Positions 27,201-40,718 of a stretch of 64,000 bases of DNA are shown here, piece by piece. This stretch comes from Octopus sinensis (taxonomy: Eukaryota). The position numbers and the translations under genes were made by a program. The DNA is taken from assembly GCF_006345805.1 (NCBI RefSeq), contig NC_043009.1, forward strand, positions 15,128,001 to 15,192,000, given 5' to 3'. Every line of letters starts with the position of its first letter. The first letter of the stretch is position 1. The notes under the pieces are model-generated. The model was not told the DNA's origin, searched no databases, and saw only the letters and a program-made list of their open reading frames with translations.

Positions 27201-28544
27201 ACAATACACCAAATTGGACTATGAATTGCATTAGCGGACTGTAAAACATGAATTTGTATCTGTCTCTACACATCATCAGTTACAGATGCCGCATCAGTCG
27301 TTTATGGCTCTCTCTAGGAACTGCTTTTGTTATATGAAAACAGCAAACATCGTGGGTTTAGAGGCCCACGTAACGCGCTTTACATTCCAAGGAAATCCTT
27401 CCAAACACTAGCTCGATATGTATTCACGCACAATGTAACAAAAATGAATATTTGTTGATGGATATTTATTGCAAAGATCATTCCTGGTCTGAATGTATAA
27501 AAACGTGACTTACAGATTTAGACATCTTTATAACAAGTAAAAGCACCTAACTGATCTCACTTGGTAACAAAGCTCCGGGTGAAAGTGTGGACAACTGCCA
27601 AATATTTTTGCTGGCTGTTGTTTATATATTAAACACAGATGTGGCCAAATTGTTAACATGTTTCTGAACGTTATAGCTTCTATTTTGACAATGACGAATG
27701 GAATTCACATTTATGAATTCTATGAAACTCTGACATTCTTGTAAGGCGAACGAACTAAAAATGCTTTAAGTGATGTTTTCTCTCTTGGCAAAACAAGTAA
27801 GTTGTGCTGTGAGATTTTTCGTCCGTGTCTGTAAAATATGCATATGAATATAGAAGCGGAGCGAATAAAGGTAGATGATATGTCTCAGTCACTTCAGCTG
27901 ATATCCTTGTAAATTAACATAATTAATTTGTTATCAGATATACAATTATTTGTTACTAGAATTATATATATATTTTTTTTTTCATCGGTATTGAGATCTT
28001 GAAGGTTTATAATAGTGCACTGAAAGACTGAAACATGTTTATAAAACAATAAAAGAAAGATTAATCATTAAATGAAACAATTGAAATTCACATCGGGAGA
28101 TAAAGGTCATTATCTCTGACCTAAATAGTCCGATCTTTCATGTGTGAACTAATGCAGACTTAAAGAAGATGGAACAACAACACAGAATATGAAGAGGAGT
28201 TAATATCAGAAAGATAAACACCGACGCTACTTAGAGAGAAACTTCAAACGCTAAAAAGGGAGGATTAAAGAAAACACATGAAAAGGGTAATTAATATTCC
28301 TAGAGATTATACAATACTAAACTGCATTGCTCTCTTGCAATATCAAATTACATATCATAGATAAGAACAAAAGAAATATAAATCGGCTCAAAGATTAATA
28401 TAATAACGAGATTTATGCGAATTCATGATTACATATTTCCACACATACACATACACGCATAAACGAATATATATACACATGTGTGTGTGTGAGTTTATAC
28501 TTATATGTAAATATATGTATCTATGTGTATGTATGTATATACAG

Positions 28545-28576
<32 letters not shown>

Positions 28577-28578
28577 TG

Positions 28579-28617
<39 letters not shown>

Positions 28618-29069
28618 GTGTGTGTATGTACGCGTACATATACGGATGCATAATTAAATAAAATGAATCACAAAATCAACTTATCAGTTATATAAGTTGC
28701 AATACATCATTTTCTCGTGAACTAAATAAAAACCCATAGTATGTGTATATATATGAAGAAATATATAAACTAACAGTATATATTCAGTGGAATGTTCAAA
28801 GAGGCTATAGATGCGATTTAGATTAAATTAAAGTGTTATCAATCCTTAAGCTAAATTCTTACTGACAGAGGAAAATATCAAGATCATTCCCTAATGATAC
28901 TAATCCAAATACTAAAAAGGATATATTCCTTCCCTATAGCTTGCAAGTTCATACATTAAAAAGAGAAAAATACTTACATATATATAATATATACGCCTCT
29001 CTATTTTTGTATGTGTGATTGCGCGTGAGTGTCTGTGCGCGTGCGTGTGTATAAGCTCCTTTAAACATA

Positions 29070-30324
29070 CAGGGATTAGACAAAATAATGGAAACACCTT
29101 AAAATTTCAAAGAAATGTATTTTAATGTGAGGTAGGACCACCTTCGGCAGTAATTACAGCTTGAATTCTACGAGGTATGGACTCGTACAAAGTTTGAATT
29201 GTTTTCGAAGTAATTTTTGTCCATTCTTGAGCTCCAGTACTTGTACTGATAATGGTGGAGAATATCAACTCCTCACTTGCTTTTCTAAAATGCAACATAC
29301 ATGTTCAATAATAATGAGATCTGGGGACTGTGGGGGTCAGATAAGATGTTCAACTTCACTAGAATGTTTCTCGTGTCACACAGTAACAACTTTAGCTGTG
29401 TAAATTGATGCATTATCATCCAGAGATGAAACAACACAGAATATGAGGAAGAGTTAATATCAGAAAGATAAACACCGACGTTACTTACAGAGAAACATAC
29501 ACACGCACGGGCACCGATACTCACGCGCAATCACATAGGATGAATTTGATCAGATAAAATGCTTAAATAGTCTTGACTATTATTTCTACCACGAAGGGAA
29601 ACCGTTGGGCTGGCGGATTTCCAAGATATAGCCTCCCCCACCTTAGATCATTACAGATCTTCTTCCATGTTTAACAGTTGGAAGAAGGCAGCGTGGGTCA
29701 AATGCTTCTTTTGGCTGTTTCCACACGTATACTCAGCCGGTTGTCGGAAATAAGGTAAAGGATGACTTATCCGAGAAAATAACATTCTTCCACTGCTCTG
29801 TAGGATTTTAGTCCACTGTAAACGCTTTCCAACGTTTGTTTTTGAAAGTAGTGGTTTTTTGATTGCAGCTCTTTCGTGTATTCCGGCATTGTGCACCTCC
29901 TGGCGAACAGTTTTTTGCAGAAACTGTGTTCTCGAGGTAGTCATTGAGCTCTGCAGTAATTTTGGGAGCTGTACATTTGTGATCTTTTCTAACAATTCGC
30001 TTAAGAGTTCGACGGACTTTTTCTAAGACTTTTGGTTTCTTCCGTAGTTATGTTTCCTCTTTTTCTCAAAGGCTGTCATTATTTTCCAGACAGTACTTCA
30101 GCTCTTTCGCTTATGCTAGCGCCTGCCATGCAAACACCAAGAATTTGGCTGCTTTGAACGACAGATAGATCTGTCATTTTAATGAATTTTAACTCCCTTT
30201 ATTATTAGCAATACTAAAAATAAATCAAGAACACAAATGTAAACAAGCTTTTAACAGTGTTATAGATATTTCAAAATTATGATGCTATGATGCTAGATGT
30301 TTCCATTATTTTGTCCAACCCCTG
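29070..30324 (-). mobile_element. Tc1-like transposon with both TIRs and a decayed transposase
   Basis: TIRs CAGGGATTAGACAAAATAATGGAAACACC and (reverse complement) CAGGGGTTGGACAAAATAATGGAAACATC, TA on both sides; motifs AAIKKPLL, FSDKSSF, TVKHGG, DDNA, PPQSPDL. Confidence 0.92.
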
Positions 30325-30388
30325 TATATGTCTAGATAACGTACATAAGTACACGCACTTGCATTACGATATAGGGCTGAAAGGAGCG

Positions 30389-30519
<131 letters not shown>

Positions 30520-30544
30520 CTGTGTGTGTGTGTGTGAGTGTTTG

Positions 30545-30808
30545 TAAACAGTAAAGCCAGTCACATCAAAGTGGCAGTTAAATGTTTCTACTGGTCTAAC
30601 CTCTGGCAGATTCTCCGCCAGATGGTTATCGGTGCAAAGTTCTGCAAACTTTACATACAATATATCGTTGGTAGTGAGGAGCGAACCCTCTCCCCTCACC
30701 CCAGAAGCTGACAGGATCGCGAGACTAACTCAGTTTCGAGCAATTTGAGTCTAAACTAGTAGTAACATTCAATTGCCGCTTTGACGTCGCGACTGGCTTT
30801 ACTATTTA
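30545..30808. mobile_element. MITE with TIRs of about 55 bp
   Basis: taaacagtaaagccagtcacatcaaagtggcagttaaatgtttctactgg versus the reverse complement taaatagtaaagccagtcgcgacgtcaaagcggcaattgaatgttactactag. Confidence 0.8.
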
Positions 30809-30876
30809 GTATACTTTACTATTCTATCTCTTGAGATATTATATATAACTAGCTATTTCGCTTGTTATACATATAT

Positions 30877-30957
<81 letters not shown>

Positions 30958-31894
30958 TATATTTGATTTTGATTTTTCCAGTTTCAGCTAATGAGCTGTG
31001 GCCGTGCTGGGGCACCACCATATTGAAATTATAAATTAGGGTATCTACAAGATACCACCATGCTGAAAATAGCAGCCATAATCTGACTTTAAACAACCTA
31101 AATTGTCCATATATTAATACGGAGAGAAAACAAAGGGACAAGATGAAACTAGTAAAATATTACTGGATAATTCTAGATCCGGATTTCTGACTTTATATTT
31201 ATGAATGCTTTTCCTCGTCAGTAGAATACACACAGAAGATAAACATAAGTACATATATATACAAATACAACATACGAATACTTACATATACGAACGTATA
31301 CCTACATATATATGCACATATGCATCATGGCCAGTTCAAAATTATATATATAGTGGGGTTTGTGTGTGCATGCATGTGTACGTATGAAGCTAGTTTTGAA
31401 TATCATGCCACTTATACATAGATATAGATATATAATCGTACGCATACATACACATGCGCGCATAGATTTCTATAATGACACAGAGATATGCTTCCAGACC
31501 TGTAAAATGTTTACATTCAACTCGAGAAGTATACAAACGTACACATGAAATCACACAGCACCTAAATAACTAACTAACTAACTGCATAGTCACATGCATA
31601 AAACTCCTGGAGCACATTGCTACATTTTGTACACTCACTGTATTATTAATTATCAGAAAGTCACATGCAAACACATATTACACACACACACATACACATA
31701 GCGTATAAGCCCATCCTCCATTACATGCAAACCTTATCGAATTTCTTCACATTACAGCCAACGTTTATGGAGGAAGGCTGATGAAATTGATACATTATAC
31801 AAAAATTTAGTCAAATGACCGAGCATGTGGTCAATTACGCATTACCTGATAGTGGTTGTTATGCCTTAATTAGTATCGTTTATTGAGCAGTTGC

Positions 31895-32249
31895 TGTGAC
31901 GACGAGGACATGTTTTAGGAACTTACACATCACGCAGCGTAGTTAGTATTCACTACACAGATATCAAGTATGATAACTGATTATTAAAATTATTTTGCAG
32001 CTTTTTATAAAATTGTAAAAAGAATAAACTATAACAGGGTTATAACAATGCAAAATGCAAACAACAACAGTAGCAAACACGCAACGAAACAACAATCTTT
32101 TACGAACCAACAATCAATATTTCCAAAACACTAACTCGAACTGTAAACTCTACCTGGACTTCGAAGACCAAGTTACAAACAGCCGACAACGGCAGGCCGC
32201 TACTATATATATATGTAGCAGTCGCAGAGGGTGTCGTACTCTCACCACA
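31895..32249 (-). mobile_element. Putative 3' LTR of a Gypsy element
   Basis: TGTGAC...CACCACA termini (TG..CA); on the minus strand it follows the integrase tail and a purine-rich AAAAAGGGTG tract. Confidence 0.55.
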
Positions 32250-32278
32250 ACGTCACCCTTTTTATTTATTATTATTGT

Positions 32279-33175
32279 TTAGTATCTTTTTTGCTTGGTC
32301 CTTATCTCAAGGTGTTTGGTTTGGTTCCGTTTACTCATGCTCATTCTCATTGTACGGTACACCATTACTTTCGGCGCTGGGACATCGAATACATAAAAAA
32401 ATACTTCGATAGGATTTTCCTTCGGTTCTTTGATATGTCTCTTTAGCTGATTTATGTCCCTCCTATGTTTCCGGCGTGGTCCTTTAATTTCATACGTCAT
32501 ACTTCCTACTCCTTTTTTGGTTACAAGGCCATCTTCCCAGTCTTTTTTACCCTTTCTGTAGGTCTTAAATATCAATTTATCTCCTACTTCGTAATATTTC
32601 GTTACATCTTTCGTATTTCGTTTATATAACTTTTTTCTCCGGCAATAAATTTTCATCAATCGATTTTATTTTTCTCGCGAACATCAACTCTACGAGTGAC
32701 TTTCCTCAATTTAGGGTTACTGTATATACCTATTTCTTTACTACCCACAATGGACTAAACACAGAGAGGACAAATAAGGACAGACAAACGGATTAAGTCG
32801 ATTACATCGACCCCAGTGCGTAACTGGTACTTAACTTATCGACCCCGAAAAGATGAAAGGCAAAATCGGCCTCGGAGGAATTTGAACTCAAAACGTAATG
32901 GGAGACGAAATACGGCTACGCATTTCGCCCGGCGTGCTAAGGCATCTGCCAGCTCACCGCCTTACTGTATATATCCTTAAGAATTTTGTTTGTGCTTCAT
33001 CGTTACTTAATTCGTTCTTAGCTTTTCTTCCCGCTCTTTTGAACGTATCCACGAATATTTCTACCTGCCCATTTAACCTGCGTTGGTACGGTAGAGTAAA
33101 ACAATGCTTAATCGCATGCATTTTACAGAAGCTCTTGAATTCATACCCCGAGAATTGTGTTATCAAATACTAAAA
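32279..33175 (-). mobile_element. Gypsy (Mag/K02A2.6-like) integrase remnant
   Basis: TQFSGYEFKSFCKMHAIKHCFTLPYQRRLNGQVEIFVDTFKRA core and C-terminal YEVGDKL...WEDGLV...GSMTYEI...RDINQLK; interrupted by a SINE. Confidence 0.85.
32729..32961 (-). mobile_element. Meta-domain tRNA SINE inserted in the Gypsy integrase
   Basis: Reverse complement of the 44973 family; 12-bp TSD ttactgtatata at 32717-32728 and 32962-32973. Confidence 0.92.
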
Positions 33176-33289
33176 TATTTTGACACAAATGAAATTTAAA
33201 GTATCGAAGTGAAACTAATGGTTTTTCGTGTGTACTTCAATGGATCGCAAACGTCTTCCACCGTACAATCTTTCTATTGTGAACAAGAA

Positions 33290-33795
33290 TTTTTATACCA
33301 CGACGACAACGACATCACATTTTGTATATGACTGTGTATCTATCTGTGAGTGTATGTGTGTAAGTGTATGAGTGGCATATGTCTCATAGTGTGTGCGTCT
33401 TTCCGCGTTTAGTACGTTATTGAACATACACATCTATCTGTGAGTGTATGTGTGTAAGTGTATGAGTGGCATATGTCTCATAGTGTGTGTGTCTTTCCGC
33501 GTTTAGTACGTTATTGAACATACACATCTACACATACATATACATATGTAACGACTGATATGCGTGAATGTATATCTCTGTGTGGCTATCTTAGTATATG
33601 TATGTGAGTGTATGTGAGGAACATTTTATACGACGACGTCACATTTTTAATATGAGCGTATATCTGTATGTGAGTGTATGTGTGTATGTGTCTGTAACTG
33701 ACTGTCTTTCCGCCTTACGTACATTATCAAACATACACACATCTACACATACATATACATATGTGACGACTGACATGCCTGAATTTATATATGTG
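33290..33795 (+). repeat. Nested local tandem duplications (about 94-bp near-perfect dimer inside an older, longer duplication)
   Basis: 33338-33431 repeats at 33432-33525; ttttata..cgacgac..tcacatttt and acatctacacatacatatacatatgt.acgactga each occur twice. Confidence 0.85.
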
Positions 33796-34345
33796 AGTTC
33801 TAGAGGTGAAACTCTTGAAAAAAGAAACAACGAGCTGGCAAGGTCCATGGTATATCTACACATATGCATTTACTGTTCCATTACCAGTTGACGATTATCG
33901 CAGCAGTTGCAAGGTATTTACAATTATATAGTTACCCTTACATTAAGAAATTAATCCTATATATAATTCTTTGTCTCTCTGTAATAATTATTGTGGCATT
34001 TCCCGTTAACTTAGTAGTTCCATACATGTGCTTCTATTTTGTTCATTAGATTATATTTCGTTTGTTTACACTGCATACAAACATAAATACATACTATAGA
34101 CATACCACACGGTAAGCCATTATCCCTTATTTTTTCAATTCATTACTACATATTTTCAGGTGACTGCATCGGCATACTTTAGGTTTCTTAATCTAGAGCC
34201 ACACCAGCAATCCAATGTAAACCCTTCACCTTCTGCAACATTTCAACAGTCCATCTCCCCGTTGCCGTCTATTGCATACCATTTCGGGAATGTACTAACT
34301 TACGTACAATATCTGCATTGCGCCTCCCTTCATTTGACTGTCAAC

Positions 34346-34346
<1 letters not shown>

Positions 34347-34391
<45 letters not shown>

Positions 34392-34410
34392 GTAATAGTA
34401 ATAGTAATAG

Positions 34411-34488
<78 letters not shown>

Positions 34489-34570
34489 GAAAAGAAAAGT
34501 TTCGTGCAAGCCTAAAGATAGAACAGAAATCAGCATTGCTTGGAACTGCAAGAATTGCTCGTAGGATTCC
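34347..34570 (+). mobile_element. (AAT)n array followed by a very short R4/Dong-like 3' end
   Basis: QKSALLGTARIARRI at about 34525-34568, immediately after about 140 bp of AAT repeats. Confidence 0.55.
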
Positions 34571-34829
34571 TCCTTATCATTCTATTACATACTGATACAG
34601 TCTGAGAATAACAATTGAGGTCAATCTGCATTTATACTAAACGATTTCTGAGCAAGAGACTTTTCCTGAATGGCCCAGCTTTATTTAAACTCTTACCACT
34701 AGGTAAACTCATTCTGTCATAAACTGAGATAAGATGATGTTTATGTTTTTATCGTGGGAGCATCACCATGTATCTGATGTTGATCCCCCCCCCCCTTTCC
34801 TGATAAACTTAATCTTAGTTTGGAGATGC

Positions 34830-35260
34830 CTACTGATCATTTTTATATGCTACTAAGTCTTACTTTCTCACCTGATGAGTTTTGGGATTCTTACATTTAT
34901 AGGTCTGCTTCACGTGATGTTGTGTCAATGTATATTTGAAAGGACTGCCTCACATCTGACGTCATATTGATTCCTTACAAGCTTAAAGCTCATCCTTGTA
35001 TGGAATACTATTTTCACATTTGTGTAGGCTAACCCTCTTGTAATTTGGGTATCATCGATAGGGTTGAGAAGCAAGTATCTAATTTGATCGATTCCTTTCT
35101 TACTTCAAATCTTCGACCCTTGTCACATCAACGTGACCTCACCAGTGTTAGTCTTTTCTCGAGACTCATAACCACTTCATTCAAATGTCTTCGTACTTCC
35201 ATTAATACGGAAGTATTTCTACAGTGATAGAGTTTTCTCTCGAAGAGTCAGACTTTAAAA
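34830..35260 (+). mobile_element. CR1/Jockey-like LINE 3' fragment
   Basis: YKLKAHPCMEYYFHICVG*...IIDRVEKQVSNLIDSFLTSNLRPLSHQRDLTSVSLFSR. Confidence 0.65.
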
Positions 35261-35276
35261 TTCTCTTACGTATTGT

Positions 35277-35398
35277 TCATGTGACTGCAGCGTGAACTAC
35301 ATGCATCTTAAGTTTCTTAGGCAATTGTGCATATTCTGGGTTTTGTTAGACTACTACAAAGTTATCATCTTCAGTAGTTGTGTCGGCATTCAGAAAAA
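35277..35398 (+). repeat. About 120-bp direct duplicate of 36677-36797
   Basis: ttcatgtga.tgcag.gtgaactacatgcatcttaagttt...gttatcatcttcagtagttgtgtcgg.attcagaaaa at both sites. Confidence 0.9.
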
Positions 35399-36169
35399 TA
35401 TCATTCATATATATATATATATATATAGACTCTTTGAAGTCTAAATTAAATACATCCCTTTCGTTTTAATTTCTCCTCCTTCATAGTCCCTTACTCTAAT
35501 TGGATTCTCGTCTTGATTGAGACGGTATTATTAAAAAGAAAACTCTTAGCCAGTGTTTGAAGACACAAATTGTCTTTGGAAAAATAGAAGGAACCATTTG
35601 TTAAATTTGTACTGTTTGATGTGCGCCATCAATGTAGAAATTGCCCTCTGAAGGATCCGTAGCTTATAGCTAATTACTGAGCACTAAAACAAGCATCGGT
35701 TAAATTAGTTTGGTAAATGACCAACACATTAGATGGGCTGACAACTGAATTCTTGAATTCATTCCTGGTGTACCATTCGGCACTTTTATCTTATTTAGAT
35801 TTTAAGTTATATACATTTCAATAACTTACACTATGAGACTAGACTATGTAATGTTCAATTGTAACAGCGTGGCAAAATTGAAAATATATTATCAAAAAGT
35901 ATATATGTATATAAAATTATGTGCGTAAATTTGTATAGTCATGCGTATGCAAAATAATAGTTCACTAAACTTTTTCTTTCGTTTTCAACCTTTGGATTAA
36001 GATTCAATTTTAGCTTCACTTACAGAAATGTAAATGCTGTGATGTAAAGAAATGTTTACTTTACAGAGAATCTAAAATTGTCTATTTATAACAAAAGATG
36101 TATATGCTATAATTGAAACTTTCTACAACAGCTGTTTATTGTTCAATGCATTAATTGCCATGCACTGTC

Positions 36170-36800
36170 AGCGTATTAGACACTCCAGAGGCAATATATT
36201 TAATATGGTGTTAGCTGCTCCGATTAAATTTAATATTTTCCAGATAACCTCCACCTTTACCTTTTTGAATACTTTTGTGAGATTAATGATGCATATTTCA
36301 TGTTTTCTCCCTCCTACCGTTTATGCAAACGGCTTAAATATGCATAACATACAGGTGATCAACGGGCCCAGCCTAGCCACGTTGGGATTGATATTCAATA
36401 TTTCTAACGTTCATTCTCTTCAAGATGAGATGAACCAAAATTTTACTGACAATATTAAAGAAAATTCTACGGCACTTGTCAAAATATAATTAGGTACAAT
36501 TTGTTTCTGAAAGAAATTTTGATGGAAGCTTCATTAAGTTTGTGAAAAACAAGTCTGTTGATCTAAATTAGCAAATTGAGACACAAATTTAAACGTGTTT
36601 ACAAAACAATTTCCAGCCACATAATTGTAGTCGACAGGAAATATGCCATCCGGACCAGTGGACATCCTGAACGAAATTCATGTGATTGCAGTGTGAACTA
36701 CATGCATCTTAAGTTTATTAGGATATTGTGCATATTCTGGCTTTTGTTATACTACTACAAGTTATCATCTTCAGTAGTTGTGTCGGTATTCAGAAAAGAT
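36170..36800 (-). mobile_element. RTE-like RT remnant, highly decayed
   Basis: TGPDGIF and IINLTKVFKKVKVEVIWKILNLIG resemble RTE motifs GPDGIP and DLTKAFDTV..LWKIL. Confidence 0.5.
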
Positions 36801-37014
36801 TAAGTTTGTTCTTCTATAACACACGTACACGCAAGCATAAAAATCTCATTAATATATATATATAGATATTAATATTTAGCAGAAGCAGCAGAGTGACTCA
36901 AAATCCAAGAGTTTTGTGCGTACTCTGTTGCTTTTGCTAAATATTAATAGAAATATGCATATAATCATATTTTGAGTTCTATTTTTCATATTTACGCCAG
37001 CGTACATACATAAG

Positions 37015-37048
<34 letters not shown>

Positions 37049-37108
37049 TATATATACATAGATAGATACATACATGCATACATACTTGCATATATATATA
37101 CATATATA

Positions 37109-37161
<53 letters not shown>

Positions 37162-38386
37162 GATACATACGTGCATACATACTTGCATACGTATATATAT
37201 ATGTTATATATGTAAGTATGTGTGTATGAATTATCGATCCATTTCTACAATTCTCTTCTTCTATATCATTTCATGTGTATATAGATATGTGTGTGTTTGT
37301 GTGAGTGTGTAAAGAGAGAGGGGGAGAGGGCGATGGAAGAAAATATAATAACTGGTGGTAGAATATTCCAGTGCTATTCCTCATTCGGATTCAACTGACT
37401 GGCAGATCACAGTGATTATACTGTTCTAATCCAATATCAATATCAAATATAATAATACGGAATTTAGAGAGGTTATTGCTGGTAGGGCCGTGTATAATGA
37501 TAGAATTGCTAATGTTTAACAGACTGTACGGTATATTATGTTAAGAAGCCTTTGAAATACTATCAAAGAAATATGGTTAGCTTTAATTCAGAAACCAATA
37601 AATATACGTTGTGTAAGTAGACGCACGGTTTTAGATTTCAACTCCGAATGTGAATGCAAAATCCTTTCTCTTTCAAGAATATCCAGACTTAATACCACAG
37701 AAAAAAATCTGATGTTTTTATATTCAACAAATTTTAGTGAGTGTACAGGATAAGAAATAATGAAGGAGTGAATTTTTTTATATGTTCCCCCTAGCAGGAC
37801 AGTTTTTCTTCGATATAATTCAACGATTTATATCTGCAAAATTAAGGCTTTTACTAGGAAATCGTGTATGAGAATCCATTTAAAATATGATACTGGGTAC
37901 ACTTTTTATGATATTTCGTGCACAACTAGCCATTGCATACATCTAATAGCACATGAACTTACTTTCTGCGAATATAATTTAGAACCAATCACTGAGGAAT
38001 ATTTCTGTATGGAATACCATCATTGGATAATGTCTGTTAGAGACAGGGTGGTCATCGTTAGAGTAGCATTGTTTGATCTGTGCTGACGTGCCACTAAGCA
38101 ACATCAATGACGCAGCAGCATTGGAATAACAGGTAATCCAATATCGTATTCGGTTTTTTCCCTTTGCATCTGCAATTTCAACTAATAAAATATTTACTAC
38201 AGAATATTCTTCATTTCTTTTTTTCTATTCCCTTCTCTTTCTCAATATTTTACTTCCCACGCGGGCTTCTTCCTTTCTCTCTCCCTTTCGCCAAGTATTC
38301 CGCATTTCTTACTATACAAACAACTCACACACATACACACACATTTATACATATACAGACATACATACGCCATATGTACACGTGTG

Positions 38387-38459
<73 letters not shown>

Positions 38460-39060
38460 GCATGTGTATTTGTGTGTATTTGTATCTATGGATGAATGTG
38501 TGTGTCTGCGTATCACAAGCGGAAAGATGCGTATACACACATACATCTGCCACAGGTGCAAGTCAACGCACGCACAAATTTCAGGCACTCAACCACTTAC
38601 ATTCATTTTCTTTCTACCTCTCTCTCCTTTTTCTCGAGAAAATAAATTAACTCCTGCGCAAGCAGTAATTTTTACTTTGAAAAAGCTTCTATAGTCATGC
38701 TATGTTTATTTATTAACCAGCAATCTAATGCAAGTAGAGTCACGCTGATCATCAGGTAGTGCTACTTACACGTAGGTCATGAATTGAAAGCTATCATAGT
38801 GCACATCGAAATGCCGCTGTCGTAAGATGTCAAGTGACACCTATGCAATGTGTTGTCACAAGGCACCAACAGCTCACACCAACATACAAACGCACGTATC
38901 AACCTTCTATCACTCGAAAGGTATGGTTAATGAAATAAAGTACTTAATGCTTGCTAAAGGTACCTCACCACAATTACTCATAAATTTACTGATTATTGTT
39001 GTGAATAATTGGCACACATGTTTTGTTACACAATCACTCAATATGTGTGTGTTTGTAAGT

Positions 39061-39272
39061 TGGCGAGCTGGCATAATCGTTAGCACCCCGGGTAAAATGC
39101 GTTGTGTCTTTTCTTTCACCTTTACGTTCTATGTTGAAATTTGGCAGGTGTTAATTTTCATCCTTTCATCCGTTCAAGATCAGTTGAATAAGTACCAGCT
39201 GAGCACTGGGGGCAATGCAATCGACTTATACCCCCAACCTAATTTTAGTGGACTTGTGACAAAATTTAACAA
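39061..39272 (+). mobile_element. Meta-domain tRNA SINE, diverged
   Basis: ggcgagctggcataatcgttagcac...cctttcatcc...aagtaccag; aatatgtgtgt occurs on both flanks. Confidence 0.8.
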
Positions 39273-39829
39273 AAATATGTGTGTATTCCCTACTGGGAAT
39301 GACCAACTTTAAGAGAATCTTACATTGCTTATAAACTTTGCATTTGGATGGACTCATATTAAACTCTGTTGGACTTTTCGATTTTACTCAAAGTATATTG
39401 GAATAAGACACCATATATATACCTTTATATACCATTATATACCATTATGCCTATAAAACAGATTGATACTCTCAATCTATGAGAGTCGCACGTGTAAAAT
39501 CGCACGTGTCTTGAATGGGCTGCAGTATTTCTATTTTGGATGTATTTGGGATACTTAGTTGTGCTCATGACTTAGTGTTTTGCTTCTTTCATGCGTATGA
39601 GTAAGTATCTCATTTATTTCTTTGCCATATTTATCACTAACGAAGGGAGGGTTCTTACGAACTAACACTGAAATCGCTCCGATATGGTAATAATGGAATT
39701 TTTCAGAAATTTCTGTCGAACTTTATTCGAGTAGCGTGCTTATTGCGAAAAATTATATGGTTATGGGCAATTGTTCCAATTTCGGCATATTTGGCATTAG
39801 AAATCTTTTCGCTTGCCCTTATTTATAAG

Positions 39830-39874
<45 letters not shown>

Positions 39875-39884
39875 CATATATATA

Positions 39885-40716
39885 TTCGTTTAAAGGACAC
39901 AATACACGTCACTAAATGCTACTAATAGTTTCATACGTCCAACAATAGCTCAATCATAATCATCAGACACAAACTACACACAACGAACTTCAAAAACATG
40001 AATAATAGAAGAAATGTGACAAAACAGAGAAGGTGACATATACAAAACTCGGAATGTTAAAGAAACGGAAACTGAAATACAGAAAACGAAAACACAAAAA
40101 CTAAAATGGAAGAAGTAAAAAGTATAAAAAGTAAGAGTTATGCTCCTTAGATCTTCAGTCACAAGACTGGAAAGATATCAAACAGTTAATCAGGAATATT
40201 TTGTAAATCTTCCCAATATATTTATACATATGCTTGTAACTGCTGAAAATTTCAGATCTAGAGTTCAGTAGTGATTTAAGGATCTTAGATCTGAACAGGA
40301 TCTGCGCTGTTTCAGTTAACGAAAGTGTACATTTATTCGACCCATTAAGACAAGGATGGATTTCCCAGTTATTTCCCAATTAATCATATGGGGTGTTTTA
40401 TTATCTTTCAAACTACAGACGTAGCTAACCAACATAAATAGTTTTGCTATTGTCCTTATGTCGGAAGAAAGCTATGTTACTGTCACAGCGATATTTTTTA
40501 CTTCTCCTTCACATAAACCAACGTAGGTCTTCTTATCAGTTGTATAATTTTTTATGATTGCAATACATTTGCCACATATACGATAGATTTCATCATATAT
40601 CGTTGCTCAAGTGGACATGATCTGGGATCGAGACAGTTACAATTAGATTTATGTTACTATATGGAATTCTTTTTCGTGGAAATTTCAACCACAGAACAAT
40701 ACATTTCACACCTACA
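39885..40716 (-). mobile_element. PLE 3' fragment (GIY-YIG and pLTR-like tail)
   Basis: CNCLDPRSCPLEQ...SIVYVAN, KKTYVGLCEG, CLNGSNKCTLSLTE...LLNSRSEIFSSYKH; ends at (TA)n; cut by a mariner at 40719. Confidence 0.8.
39916..39970 (-). ncRNA. Type I hammerhead motif, family C
   Basis: Reverse complement GTGT-CTGATGA-t-TATG(17 nt)CGTA-t-GAAA-CT att AG-TA-GCAT; intact core, helices with GU wobbles. Confidence 0.65.
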
Positions 40717-40718
40717 TA

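Noticed and set aside
33290-33795. CRISPR-like repeat array
   Set aside because: Eukaryotic context; these are plain tandem duplications without unique spacers.
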